Positions 13,995 through 27,366 of a stretch of 64,000 nucleotides of DNA are shown here, one piece after another. The position numbers and the translations under genes were made by a program. This stretch comes from Cycas panzhihuaensis (taxonomy: Eukaryota > Plantae > Cycadophyta), in contig CM041465.1 of the NCBI GenBank assembly GCA_023213395.1, positions 75,647,741 through 75,711,740 of the forward strand, given 5' to 3'. Every line of letters begins with the position of its first letter. Within the stretch, counting starts at the first letter, position 1. The notes under the pieces are model-generated. The model was not told the DNA's origin, ran no database searches, and worked only from the letters and a program-made list of their open reading frames with translations.

Positions 13995-15535
13995 GAGTCC
14001 ATCAAAAGTGTAATAAATAAAAAGTGGCAAAAAACATAGAAAATGAATATTTAAAAAGGAAAATCAAGTTGTTGAAGGATACTAGATCAAAAAACAAATT
14101 GATAAGGCCAAAATCATTACAACTTGATGTAAAAAAGAGGTTAAAGGGGGATTAAAATCAATCAGATACCAGGATGACAATGGACAAAAAATCAAATAAA
14201 GAAAGAAGGACTTGGAGTAAGGTAGGCTTTATGTTGAGCAAAAGGTATAGAATGCACCATAGTATCAGTCATCAGTAAAGATATAGTCATCATCATACAT
14301 AATAAATCATCTAGCCATTATACAACTTAAAACCACATAATAAAAGATCAAATATACCTAAATCTATAGTCAAACCATGAGGCAATCAATCAAAAGCAAA
14401 CCCTTCATCATTCACACTATCAATGAAATGTCCATACACATATAAAGAAGATAATCATGAATTGGCTTAAGGTAGGCAGCCTGAATATGAGCCTAATCAT
14501 GTCAAGAGGCCCAATGATGGTGAAACATTTACCACTTTGTCATTAGAAGTTCTTACTTGTAATAGGAAGCGAGATGGTGAATGGTGGCAATCTAGAATTA
14601 GAATTGAGTTCACATTTGATGTTAGGATGAAAGTTAGTTTTGGATGAGAAAACTATGTATGATGTGGTGGCTAGGAAAAGCCATTTTGAAACAATAACTA
14701 AATTTGGGTGTGACACTTGATTGCCCATCAATTTGATGGGGTTTTGATAAAAGAGAGGTTGACATAGTTTAACCTCATTACCAGTGCTTTAGAAGAGATG
14801 GTCACCATAGTTTTCTCTTGTTAATGACCATTTTTATATCCCTTGATTAGGTGGAATTACAAGATTTCAGAGGAAAGCACTGATCGCAAGTATGTGATAG
14901 GGACTAGCATAGTTTAAGCTCTTTAGTAGGTGACTTTTTGGAGCACTAATTTACCTTCATTGTGGAGTGGATTACCCATTTCGTAGGATGGGAAGAATAC
15001 CATAGTTTAAGATCTTTAGTAGTAAAGTTTCTTGGAGATTTTTTAGGGAGACTCAAAGGTCAAAAGGACGGCAAATTTAAAATGAGGATGAAAAATTGAT
15101 CCTATAGAGTATAAACAAGTATATGATTCAAACAATCTACCTCTGAGTGAAATTTCTCGATCACCTCAACTTGAATTGCGTTACTAATGTTGGATAAAAT
15201 GTTGAATAAGAAGGTGTGTCAAAGTGTGAGAGACTTAAGGAAAAATGAAACCTAGAAACCATGATATTTGAAAAATATAGCTATTTGAAAGAAGCAATTT
15301 GAGAAACGAAATCTCTTTAGACAAGAAGAACTTTTTATGGTAAAAAGGATTCCTATCTAACTTCATTTTTTTATGCAAGAGTTGAAATTTAGGAGATATT
15401 TTTGTGATTGAATTGAGATTTGATGCACTTAGAGAGAAATGCCAATATTCCACGAGTTTCATCGAATTAGTAAGCAAAGATGTAATGTGGTGTTTAATAT
15501 ATGGTAAGCTGACAAAATTATTTATTTATCTGTCA

Positions 15536-15720
15536 AAAATGTGATATTTATAGTGAGAAACATAAGAATAAGTTTAAAAACATGACAAATATATCAAAAA
15601 CATGATTTCTAAAATCAAAATTTTGAAAAATCATATTTTTAACTTGTTTACATAATTTTCATCTGGTTTATTATGTTTTTAATTGGCTTATCATGTTTTT
15701 ATCTAGTTTATTATATTTTA
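15536..15720. repeat. 20-bp-periodic inverted array of AAAACATGA-like motifs upstream of B's antisense gene
   Basis: Forward motifs near 15536, 15556, 15576 and 15596. Reverse motifs near 15631, 15651, 15671, 15691 and 15711. Confidence 0.75.
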
Positions 15721-15809
15721 ATTAGAATTTGAAGAAGTTAAAGAAAAACATTTTTTTATTTACAAATGTTGATAGATAAGACTAAATTTAATTTTCTTCA
15801 TTGTGACGT

Positions 15810-16022
15810 AGCCCCTTGAGAGGATTGATACATGGGAGAACGGGGGATGGACCATAGAGCCATTTATAGGAATATTATCTACTGCTGATTGGAAACTTCT
15901 TCATCAACATGGATTAGCCAGAGCCAATTGTTCCATCTAATTAGTGATGGAATATGAGATACTGGAGGATTTTGTTAGCTTGCGGGTGTCCAAAGACCGC
16001 ATATTCCATGTACATGTTATTG
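15810..16022 (+). pseudogene. Element B antisense PMD (aminotransferase-like plant mobile domain) gene, 5' part, cut by element C
   Basis: ILEDFVSLRVSKDRIFHVHVIGD, continuing after C to ...GRILGVSWHG. Resembles the PMD motif LVERW..ETHTFHL..GE.TITLEDV..ILGL. Confidence 0.65.
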
Positions 16023-16557
16023 GAGATTATTTCCAGGCTACTCGGAATGGACACAGGCGACTCGACTCAGGTAAGTTCAGGTATGCTTCTATCTTCCCTT
16101 TCGTTAGCTTCAGAGATGGTTGATTGAGGCTCATCATATACATCGCATCCTGATTGATTGACTATACGATTACTCTGCATTGCTTGCTTATTCATATTAC
16201 ATTTTGACACTTTTAGGCTATGACGACTAGGGATACACATGCCATGGCACTCCACAACCTTCTGCCGGGTCTCCACAACATCCCCAAGCACTTCTGGCTC
16301 CCACAGCCCATTGCACATAATTTATTGGCATGACATAACCCTTAGCACCTTGCCTAGGCCTGGTTATCACCCTGTTGGTGTCATTTGTCTCTTTTTAGAG
16401 TCCTTGATCATCGTTTGCTGCCTGCCGTGGTCCCTTTAGGTTCTATGACCCTTCCTTGCCACCTTGGTACTGCAACATGCTCCCTTAGGGTCTAGGCTTT
16501 CTCCCCCCTTTGGGAGCCTCTGGGTTCCCTCTTTCTTTTTGTCTTAATTTTAGCTAC

Positions 16558-16637
16558 ACTGCTGTAAACCTTGCAGTACTATTGTAAACCCCGCGGTACT
16601 ACTGTAAACTTCGTGGTACCACAAAGTTTGCCACGGT
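16558..16637. repeat. 20-bp tandem array with an internal palindrome in C 5' LTR
   Basis: actgctgtaaaccttgcagt / actattgtaaaccccgcggt / actactgtaaacttcgtggt / accacaaagtttgccacggt. Three units in the 3' LTR (33349-33408). Confidence 0.8.
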
Positions 16638-16792
16638 GCAACTATTCATAACTCTTTTTTAAACTGGCTATGACTAATTTTGTATTAATTGTGAAATTTC
16701 CATGTGGCAGTGAGTTGATTTCTACCTAGAGCGAACCCTAATCACTCGTTGAGTTAGGGTTGGGTTTAAAAACCCAAAATTCACCTCATTTC

Positions 16793-18978
16793 TATTGGAA
16801 ATCAACCTGCACAAATAATATTCTCAAACAGAACAAAACACACCTCCACAAGATCGAACGATACCCTTAAGGTACCTCCATTGTATTAACAAAACATCCT
16901 TACAACATTTTAATATGATACACAATATTGTGTATTTATAATACAAGTCATGATGGAAGAGTAAGACCCACTTGCATGTGGGATAAATCAAATGTACATT
17001 AATATTCTAACACTCCCCCTTAATGTACATTTGGGTCACTTGTATTTGCAATGCTTTGTCCTTGGAAATATCTTGAGAATGATGTCTTCAACTTGATCCT
17101 TGTCTTCAATCTTATAGTGATGTATATGCTGTAGAATGATGTCTTCATTTTGATTTTTGTCTCCGATTCTGTACTGATGCCTTTGTAAGATGATATCCAT
17201 AGTTTGATTTCTGTCTTCAATCTTGTAGTGATGATGTTGATGTAACAACTCTATCAAGTACAAATCATGATTCTTCATTGTGCTTGGTCTAGTCTGATTT
17301 TGATGTAGATCCTGTAAACAACCATCTTCAATCACAACTTACTTGTCATCATTATCTTATATAAGTTCTTGATCACCATGTACAATAGTGATTTCTTCAA
17401 CCTTTGGAGCAAAATCTTGATCAACTTGCATACTCTTTGAATCAATGCTTAAAGTAGGAGCATCATTTAGACTTGAATCAATACAAAACTCATCTTTTAT
17501 GGGATCATCAGATTCATATTTAATTTCTCTTGAAATAATGGTGTCATTTATATAAACCTTTATCAACTCATCACTTTCAATGTCTTTATTAGTAGTTGTA
17601 GTCTCATCAATGCACTCAACCATCATTTCCTTACATTCAGTAGAAATTTCATTAGTAGTCATACATTCTTCATCTTGACATGTCGTTTCATCAGTGTTGT
17701 TGATATTTTCTTCATTTATTGTACTTGTACCATAACCATAACTAACCTTAATTGCCTTTTCAATAATTCGTTGTGTCTCTTTAGGAGATATGCAAATACT
17801 TCTCTTAGAAAATTCCAAGCTTCTTTAGCATTACTTGCATGTAGAATCATAGGAATGACAAAATGGAATTTGGAAGGAAGATCAACCTCATTGAATGTAG
17901 CATGAATCATAATAAATGCTGTTCTATCTTTCTTCTCAAGCATTTCTTTTTCTTCTTCATCATTAGGGATATCATTTTCATCAGTGATAATCTTCCACAA
18001 ACCTCTAGCTATGAATAGACATCTCATTTTAATTGTCCAAAAGAAGTAGTATTCACCATTGCACTTAGGTATTGGAAGAAATGAATCCTTCAAGTAACAT
18101 TCATTTGTTTTAGGAACATACATAACCATATCATTCTCTTCTATGATTATAAATGCCATCTCTAAACAATATGTCCCTTTTTCAATCAACAAACTCACCT
18201 AACATTGGTAACTTGCTCATTAATCATACTCACCAAATTCTCTCATATCTCATATCTTTCACACCATTGACTTTATCCTCACATCATTGCCTTTCACATA
18301 TCACCAACCAGTCACATAGAATCCAAACACTCACTTCACTAAATCAATGCCTCATAAATCTCACAATGATCATAGATGTCATATATTGCTACCAAGACAC
18401 ACACTTAACTTGATTATCCAAAACACACAACTCATGCCATTACACTATTTAATAATTTTGCTTCCTTGCAACTCAAGTATCTTCAACAAGAAACTCATCC
18501 TTCTTTGCCTATTCAATCAACTAGAACACATCATCAAACATCCCTAATTTCATCCTCAAAACATGCCCAATAATCGCCCAATCTTGTCATGTTAACCTCA
18601 CATGTAACAGGCATCTCATCGCCTCGTATCACTATATTTCTTGCCTTCAAATTAGTCTTATCATGCCCATAAAGTCCCTTCATATAAATCACATTCCAAG
18701 GAGCACTAAATCACCATATGCCACCCAACTCATTCATGCAAACACATGCACTGTCGCTTCATTACCATACTATGTCATCATCACAATGGCTCTCTCATAT
18801 GAACACATGCAAGAAGGCACTTAATTTTCTATTAAATAATCACCATCATGGACTTCAAATCACCAATAAAGTGCCAAATACATTCACATCAACATAACTT
18901 AATGTCATCTCATACATGATGGAAGAGTAAGACCCACTTGCATGTGGGATAAATCAAATGTACATTAATATTCTAACA
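16793..18978 (-). mobile_element. Small non-autonomous Copia-derived gag-only element (TR-GAG-like)
   Basis: TSD ATTTC at 16788-16792 and 18979-18983. 220-bp 3' LTR 16793-17012 with PPT aagggggag. 5' LTR reduced to 64 bp (18915-18978), identical to 16949-17012. No pol. Confidence 0.88.
17036..18198 (-). pseudogene. Copia Gag N-terminal domain plus acidic, repetitive tail; frameshifted
   Basis: PKCNGEYYFFWTIKMRCLFIARGLWKII...KKDRTAFIMI...NAKEAWNFL is typical Copia Gag. Consecutive ORF pieces 17716-18198, 17357-17818 and 17036-17335. Confidence 0.8.
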
Positions 18979-20328
18979 ATTTCTCCTTCTTCTTACTCAT
19001 TTTTCTCTACTCTCTTCTCCACAAGCTCTGAAACAGGTTTCAACTCTGTTGTACCTACTTCACCTTTCAATTACCAGCTCCTATAGCACAGGAAATGCAG
19101 TTTGCAGGTCTGTAGCAGGGCTAGCTGAGGCAGAGTCACGCTCCAAGCGTCCCATCAAGCTCTAAGCTTCACCTTTCTCACAAGTTTTACTCCTTTTCCG
19201 CTGTACTACAGGGGTTTTCTGGGAACCCTCTAAGGGAACTCTCCTTCTCATACGGTTTGCCTGGTAGATATGCCACAAATCTACCCTTATTAGGTGCTTT
19301 CAGATCTATTTTCTCTTGTTCCTTCCATAGCATAGATATTCTTCTACTAGTCTCTTCATATGAGAAGTCTTTTTTTCTTTTTTCCTATTGTATTGGGAGG
19401 CAATCCCTCCTTCTTGCTTACTTGCATACTTCCTCCCCCAAGTTCTTTTTGGGTCTTCTCAAGGGGGTAGTAGGAAAAGAGGTTCATGGGAGAGTGAAAG
19501 GAGTTTTAGGCATGGTTCCAGACCCACATGCCTTCTCCTCAAGGGTAGCCCCCTTCTCTCCTTCCTTTTTCTCCACCATACTTTCCTTGTTTACCTAGGA
19601 AACTATTGGGGTGGAAACTTTTGCTGATTGTAGCGTAGGTAGCCCTTTGCTACGCCTGCAACTAGCTGCTAAAGATCATATATAGTCTGGTTTTCAACCC
19701 TGCTTCATACCTTTTCAGCTTTAGGGCTTTCTCTTGCATAAACTTAGAAAAGTTGCACTTCTAACTTTTGCAACATTTGCGATTTTTACAGCTTTCTTGT
19801 TACCATTTTATTTTTTTGCAAAAACCTGTCTTGCACCTATTATTGAGTAGTCTTGGTCCTCTTAGCTATTAGCTTGGGTGCTTGGGGAATGTGTGGAGCA
19901 TTTATTTAGGAGGGATAACCATTCTGAGGCTATCTAGTTTCTTCGCAGTTTACCCCCTCTTTCCCATATTACTTGTTGGTTTTGCATACAAAGTGTAAAC
20001 AATACTAACATTGCACATTTGTTACTTGGTAGATATTTGTTAAGTATATTTTCTTTTGCTCATTTTACCTAAAAAAGGAGTATATACACATATATATATA
20101 CATCTCCTTGCATATACTTGCTCCCATACGTATTCAGCGTCCCTTGGGAAAGGGCAAACTTGTGTTGTACAGGTTTCTTGCGCTTTGGAGCGAAGGGAAG
20201 CCTTCGTTACAGGTATGCTTCCTCTTCTTGTTTGTTACGATTGTGATGCTTTAAAACTCCAAGTAAAGGCACTCTATTCCTTTTTCCTTTCCATTTTTTT
20301 TATGTTCAAGTTTTGGGTGCAATTCCAT

Positions 20329-20346
20329 TGACGACCATACTAGGGA
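20329..20346 (+). other. Element C PBS (tRNA-Arg type)
   Basis: tgacgaccatactaggga resembles the Tat/Ogre PBS TGGCGACTCCACTGGGGA and matches B's PBS. Confidence 0.8.
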
Positions 20347-20531
20347 CCCGCCAGTAAGGGGATCTATCATTTACCCCTGATCTGTTAGTGCTACCTCCCT
20401 TTCAGTAGTTCTCCTCAATTCGTTGGGCAACCCCCAACACTTGTCATCTTACCATCTCTTTTTTCTTCTAATCTTTAGGAGAAACTTGTATGCAATGATT
20501 CTCTCATTGTTTATGAGGCCTTCCTCCTTCA

Positions 20532-22700
20532 TTGGAATACTCCTCTTACTATACCCTTCTATCGTTAGATTTTGAATCGACTATGGAAAGATTTCCTTCA
20601 AATTGGGCATATCACGCCTATGCCTCTGAATCCCACGAACCATCCAATTCTTTCCAAGGGCCCACCCAAGAGGGTGAGGACCCTATCTTCTACCCAGGTA
20701 ACCAAGAGCACCTGCAAGTCCACCTCTCTACTCATGAGGTGGAAGCATCTTCTCTGTTGGAGTATCATTACCTTGGTGGTGATCCTCATGAGAACTGCGC
20801 TGTAGGGTGCACCTCATATGAGGATCTGTCAACCTTGTGTGATCTGGTGGATACCCCTCCTGTGGATGTGGTGGAAGTGCTTAACTAGTGCTTCTAAGCA
20901 GCTAGTCTCCAATCATGTCCTAAGTGGTTAGATAACATCTTGCGATGCATAATGCTTCCTTCCTCCATATGCGTGCCACTATATCCATCCCATTTGACTC
21001 CTTTATCCACAATGAGGGCATCCCTCATTGCGTCTTCTTCTCCTTGTGGTCCATGTTCCTTAGGAACTGCCTAAGGCATACCTTCTTCCTAACTTAGCTT
21101 GAGTATGCCTCCCTCTAGCCAAATAACTATGCCCCAATAGACTATAATCTATCCCCCTCCTATTAGATCTAGGGGACCCGCACATGCCCTTACTTCTAGC
21201 CACGTGGAACCAATCCCCATGCATACTCAAGCTCAACCTAGGGATCCTTCCCTTTACGTGCCCCTGGGGTATACTTCCCAACCATGGGGGCACGGTAAAG
21301 GGAATCCCCTTCTTGTCTATGGAGCAGATACTTTGCATTCGTATGGCATCACACCACCTACAGGCGGCCCATACGGGCAAAATTTGATTCTGCACCCCTC
21401 AATTCCATCTTCTTATGTTCCTTCTTATGTGGGGCCTTCGCAAGGAGGGTAGGCCCCCTCCTAAGGGGCCCTCTCTCAAACCCCCTTTCGACAAGGGGTA
21501 TATCTTCAAGGAGGGATAGGTCCCTCGTATCCATCCGCTCCTCTTCTAATCCCTTCGAATACATGATTTGTTCCCTCCCATCAAATGGGAGGAAGTGCGT
21601 ATCCCCTTCTGAACCAAGTCTCCCAAGGAGGATTCAAGCAACCTTGCCTACTTCCTCCTATGGTCCAATCAAAGGCGTGCCCCTTAATTGATTATAGATC
21701 AACTTCTTTGTCCATTGAGATGCTAAGAACTAACTTACCACCTTACCTTCCCAAGGTGCCCAAATTCGATGGGACCTCTTCACAAGATCCAATAGAGCAT
21801 GTTAGAAGTTTTTCTATGGCATGCATCGATTATTGGGCATACAACCATATCCTAATAAAACGTTTTCCATGCTCTCTCTAAGGTGGTGTTCTCAAATGGT
21901 TCTATCGCCTTCCTGCACACTCTATCCACTCATTCTAGCAACTCGTTGACAAATTTGTTAATTATTTTGACGTAGCTCATCCCTTTGAGAGCAGAATAAA
22001 GGCTCTCTTATCTCTTAAACGAGGTCATGATGAGATGAATCGTGACTTTATGAGACGCTTCCACGATCTTCTCCACTCCATGAAGTCAACCTTGCCTAAG
22101 GAGTTAAAGAGAGATCTTTTTGTCAATACCCTTCGCCCTGAAGTCCATGTTGAAGTCCTCAAGATGGAGACGACAACATGTGACTCCGCCATAGCCAAGT
22201 GCTTGACTCTTGAGACCATTGAGATCTAAGCGAGTCTCGAGAAGCCTCTTAGGTCCTCACAACAATGTGAGGCACCTCCTCCACCTCGCGATACCAAAAT
22301 CCAACAACCTCCTAGGTCTTCATCTCATCCAACAGAGAAGACCTTGGACCCCTTAACCTTCGCTATACATTCTTTTGAACGTATGATGAAGGAGCTTAAA
22401 CTCCAAGTCCCTTCCTTGCCCACTTCCCACAAACCTGTTCATCAAGCTTCTCAGGCCACACCTCCCAAGGGTAGTAATACCTAGCCTTCTCAAGCAAGGA
22501 AGATGGATTCTTCCTTAGAGAAGAAGTGGCGTTCTGTTCATTGGGAATACTTTCACGAAGACTCGCAATCTAGGGCCCATCACCCTAAGGTCACCTTACA
22601 ATATGACTCTTCCCCTAAATGGGTGTCTAGACCCAATCTAGACCAACCCATCTACAAAGATCCTTTCCCCAAACACGAGGAATGTGATCGCAACACCCAA
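20532..22700 (+). pseudogene. Element C gag (Pro-rich N-terminus plus retrotransposon gag core)
   Basis: PKVPKFDGTSSQDPIEHVRSF...RFPCSL*GGVLKWFYRLPAHSIHSF...RDFMRRFHDL...FVNTLRP. Confidence 0.85.
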
Positions 22701-23279
22701 CAAAGAGGCAACTGAAATAGAGAAAGATCTCCCAATCCTCACATTACGCAAGCTAAAGGGAAGGGTGTGAGGAACTCCTCCTCTTCTTTCGGTTCCCCTA
22801 ATCACCACCAAACTCCTTCCCCCTCTCGATCCTAAAAGAAAGTAAAGAGAGTCATTCAAATGCTTGAGACCACACCCTTATATGCCTTGAACCGATCCCA
22901 AGAAACTAAAGAAGCAACAGGTGTTTCTTCTTCTGCTCCTCATCTCGACCCCCCTCCAGAGATCCCTCCTCCAGAGATCCCTCTACTTTCCAAGGCCATT
23001 CCTGTATGCCTTGGTCATTACGATTTTCGAAGGGCGCTTCCCCAACCTATCGCAAAGGGGAATCCCTTCTCCATTGTTGACAAGCTTCACACCGTGGCTA
23101 TGGGGATGTCCATGATGGACATCTTCAGAAGCTATCCTGAACAACGTGCTTTTCTCTTAGAGACTTTATGTTTAGTTGATGTATCTGTTCACGCCTTGGG
23201 TGTTGCCCCAAGTCGTGATCCCATCATCTCATTCGATCCTAAAGATCTCCCCCCAGCTCGTGAAAGGGTACGCCAATGA

Positions 23280-26200
23280 CACTACCTCTTCACCATAACC
23301 ATATACACACCTGAATGCACCCTTCGAAGGACCGTTGTAAACAATGGTTCTTCCGTCAATGCTATGCCCTTGCGTATCATGCAAGAGCTTGGCATATTAG
23401 CCATCGAACTAGTCCCATGGCATTGTCAAGGCTACGATGGTAGTGAAAAGACACTCTTGGGATCAATTTCTATTCCCCTTACTCTTAAGGAAAAAACTGT
23501 CATCACTGATATCGTAGTCCTCGATGTAGATGTGGACTATAGCCTCTTGTTGGGATGCCCATGGATCGACCAAATGGGACCCGTATGCTCATCCCGTTGG
23601 GGATAACTTAAATTCATCCATGAGGGGTGAATGAGGGTTGTCCCTCTGGAGCCTCCTCCCACCAAACAACCCCATCAATTCTATCAGGTAGTTTGTGATT
23701 AGGCAAAGGGCGATAAGGGCCCATCTGCTTATGCTTCTGCTTGTTCTATCGACATTCCTGGTTCGCCTTGTTCAGAAGAAGGCCCCTCCCCTTCTTCCTC
23801 AAGCCTTATCCGTTTCACCTATATTGGTGTAAGGAGTTATGGGTACCTCGTCGTGCTTAGTAATGACGAGTCTAACGGCGAGGATGAGGACCTCCCTCAT
23901 CCCATATCCCTCCTAAACATGAGTAGGAGGCACTCTCTTCATTTCAGGTCTTGATGTAAAACCTCTTCCCTCGAGGAGCCTAATCCTCCTCTTGGGTCAC
24001 ATGTTATTACTCCTGTCTCTCGTGCGACCTCCCATATCACCTTATCTTCCACTTCATCTCCTCCTGCGAGTGATGAGGTGAGGGAACCTCTTGTCACCTA
24101 TCATAAGAGGTTGCCTTCCAACTCTTCTGAAGATTCCCTTGACTACATTGAGTGGTGGGTTGACCGCTATGGTCCTACCACTCCTACTACTCCTCACCCC
24201 TCGTCTTCTCAATGCGTGATTATCCATGGGATAGATTGCTTCGAGGATGACAAGGCCTTGCTAGAGCACTTAGCAGGCTCCACGCCTATTCTCCTTCCTG
24301 GTCACCATAAACTTGGTCACCAGAAGATCTTAGCCATCAGGTCACCCTTAGCCAACCCAAATCCATATTCTTCTTCTTAGCCCCCTCCTATTGACCGAGC
24401 CCCCCTTTACTTTGAGGAAGGGAATGCCATGTGTATGGGGGCAACCAAGGACATCGTCCTTGCTCCCGGTAAAGTCATTAAGATGGAAGTGGAATGTTCC
24501 CTTGACGAAATGAAGGAATACACCCTTATTTTCTAGAAATTCTATGATGTTTTCGTGTGGGACTACTCTGACATGAAGGGAATAGATCCCTCTATTGTCA
24601 CCCACAACCTCACTACCATTCTGGGTGCTCATCTTGTGCGACAAAAACAACACCCTCTTCACCCAAAAATTTCAGCTGCCGTGAAGATGGAAGTTGAGAA
24701 ACTCCTAGACACTGGGTTAATCACCTCCATCGATTACTCCAAGTGGGTCACAAACATCGTCCCTGTTGCTAAAAAGAAAATGATGATTTGGATATGCGTT
24801 GACTTTCGTGACATTAACAACGCATATCCAAAAGATAACTTTCCTTTCCCCTTCATCGATTAGATTATTGATAGAACAACTAGATTTAAAGTTATGTCCC
24901 TTATGGACGGCTTCTCTAGATACAACCAAATCTAGATCTCCCCCAAAGACCATCATAAAATGGCCTTCACCACTCCTTAGGGCACCTTTGCTTACAATGC
25001 GAAGCCCTTTTGGATAAAACATGTAGGTGCCACTTATCAAAGGGCGATGCAATTTGTCTTTCATAGCCTTATCGACAAAACCCTTGAGGTTTTTATAGAT
25101 GACATGATGGGCCATTGATGCGTAAGGGCCCACCATCCTAGCGATTTATAGGCCATCTTCACTTGATGTCGTAAATACTATGTAAGCCTAAATCCTCTTA
25201 AATATGTGTTTGCCATGACGGTTGGAAAACTCCTTGGTTTTCTTGCTTCAAAATAAGGAATCTAAATTGATCCCGACAAAGTCAAGGCCAACCTTGACAT
25301 GCAGCCTCCCAGGACCCAACGACAAATCAAGTCGTTCTTAGTTAGATTAGGCTTTCTTAGGCATTTCTTGGCGAACTTCGCCATAAATATAAAACCTCTC
25401 ACTAACCTGTTGAAGAAAGGGGCCCATTTGTTTGGTCACCGAAGGCCCGAAAAGCCTTCCAGGAGCTCAAGAGAGCCTTGGCTTCTACTCTGACCTTGGT
25501 GCCCCCTCTCTTCGATATGCCTTTCATCCTTTATACCTTGGCTACCAATGAATCCTTGGGTGCCATGCTCACTTAAGAAGATGACTCAGGAACTAAGAAA
25601 GCTATTTATTTCATCAGTCGTACCCTAGTTACTGCTGAGCTTAATTACTCCATTACCGAGAAGGAATGCCTCTCCTTGATGCACACTACCAAGAAGTTCA
25701 TGCACTACTTGCTTAGAAATATGACTCGAGTGATTGTCCAATCTGATCCCTTAAGGTATTTGCTAACCTGATCTAACTTGACAGGTAGGACTGGCAAGTG
25801 GTCCATCCTCCTTCAAGAATTTGATCTCCAAATTGTTAATAGGAAATCGAAGAAGGGGATGGTAATTACTGAACAACTAGCCTACACCCCCATCCCAAAC
25901 TCCTTTGACACTCCTGTTGATGATTCCTTGCCTAACGAGCCCATTTTTTCTATTCAAGATTTGTCTCTCCATCCATTGATTGACAGTGAGTGGTATGGGG
26001 ATATTGTGCGATACCTCACCGAGCAGCAATATCATCCCGATGCTATCAACAAGGTTAGGTCGCATATTTGGGCTACAACCCAGCAGTACTTACTTATGGA
26101 AGAGGTATTATACAAGAGGTCTTTGGATGGAATCCTTCTCCACTATATTAATCTTGACGAGGTAGGCCAAATACTTTGTGAATGCCATAAAAGTATTTGT

Positions 26201-27236
26201 GGGGATCATTTTGGGGGCTATTCCATGGCCCAAAGGATCCTTCACATGGGCTATTATTGACCATCCCTCTTTAAGGACGCCCATGCCTATGCCCTGTGAT
26301 GTCGTCGGTGTCAAGAGCACACCAACGTCACCTATTTGCCTTTTGAGACCTTGCACCTAGTCATCTCCCCATGGCCTTTCTCCCAATGGGGATTAGACCT
26401 CATTGGGGCCATAACCCCGCCTTCTTTGTCATAGCACAAGTTCATCTTGACTGTGATAGCATACTTTACTAAATGGGTCAAAGCAGTCCCCCTATCCTTT
26501 ACTCCTGGTAAGACGATAACTACCTTCGTTTACCAGCATATCATTTGTCGATTTCGGGTTCCCGACGTCTTGATCACAGATAACAGAACCCCCTTTTGTA
26601 ATAAGGAGATGGATGAACTTTGTAAAAAAATTAAAATATCTCACAAAAGTTTCTCTCCCTATTACCCCCAGGCCAATGGCTAAATAGAATCTTTTAACAA
26701 AATCCTCATAAACATCCTGAAGAAAACTATCACCAAATCTCAAAAGGATTGGTATCTTCAACTTCCTTCTGCCCTATGAGCATACCACACATCCGTCCAC
26801 ACAGCTACAAGGATGACCCCGTTCTCCCTTATATACGAAACTGAGGCAGTCCTCCTATTAGAAGTTGAAATCGCATCCTTGCGAGTTTTCCTTCGGGGTC
26901 TTGTCGATGAGGAGTCCTATTATCAAGCCTGCCTCCTAGATCTCAAAGTCTTCGACGAGAAGCGCTTGACTGTGTACCAAACGAATCTCGCCTCTAAAGC
27001 TAGGGTGGAAAGGATGTACGACAAATGTCTTAGTCCCCCGTCCCTTGCATTTCGGAGACCATGTCCTCAAGTTGGAATATATCCATGATTGTTTATCCAA
27101 ATTTGGACCTAAATGGGTTGGTCCCTTCGTCATTCTCGAAAACCTTGATAACGATACCTACATGATTGCAACTTTGGAGGGTCTCGAGTTTGAAAAAGCT
27201 GTCAACAGTAAGTTCCTTAAGAAATTCTACGTGTGA
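23280..27236 (+). pseudogene. Element C pol: PR-RT-RNase H-INT, disrupted
   Basis: PR VVNNGSSVNAMP...LLLGCPW. RT WDYSDMKGIDP, ICVDFRDINNAYPKDNFP, FIDD. RH YSITEKECL. INT CHKSICGDHFG, WGLDLIG, YFTKWVKAV, YYPQANG, and a GPF C-terminus. No aRH between RH and INT. Confidence 0.93.
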
Positions 27237-27366
27237 CTATCCCTGTCCCGAGTAGAGTTGGCACACCGCTTCCTCTCTTCTCACTCTGAAACAAGTTTAA
27301 ACTATCACTCTAATCGCGCTTCAATTCCCCCTAACCACAGGCAGAATGGCGGCTTAGGGTGGCTTT

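Larger units (their letters stand above)
11926..14527 (-). repeat. Element B 3' LTR
   Basis: Colinear with 47055-49651. A degenerate PPT (minus strand aaagtggtaaa) abuts it at 14528-14538. Confidence 0.92.
16028..20327 (+). repeat. Element C 5' LTR (interrupted by 16793-18978; lacks about 1.25 kb present in the 3' LTR)
   Basis: 16028-16792 and 18979-20316 are colinear with 32820-34883. Ends ggtgcaattcca versus ggtgcgattcta. Confidence 0.9.

Noticed and set aside
15536-16637. 20-bp periodic arrays as CRISPR-like loci
   Set aside because: No repeat and unique-spacer structure, no cas genes, and a eukaryotic TE context.
19257-19627. Duplicated ORFs of about 113-123 aa (also 33818-34189)
   Set aside because: They lie within C's LTRs, have non-ATG starts, diverge in frame and show no domain. 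The duplication just reflects the LTR pair.
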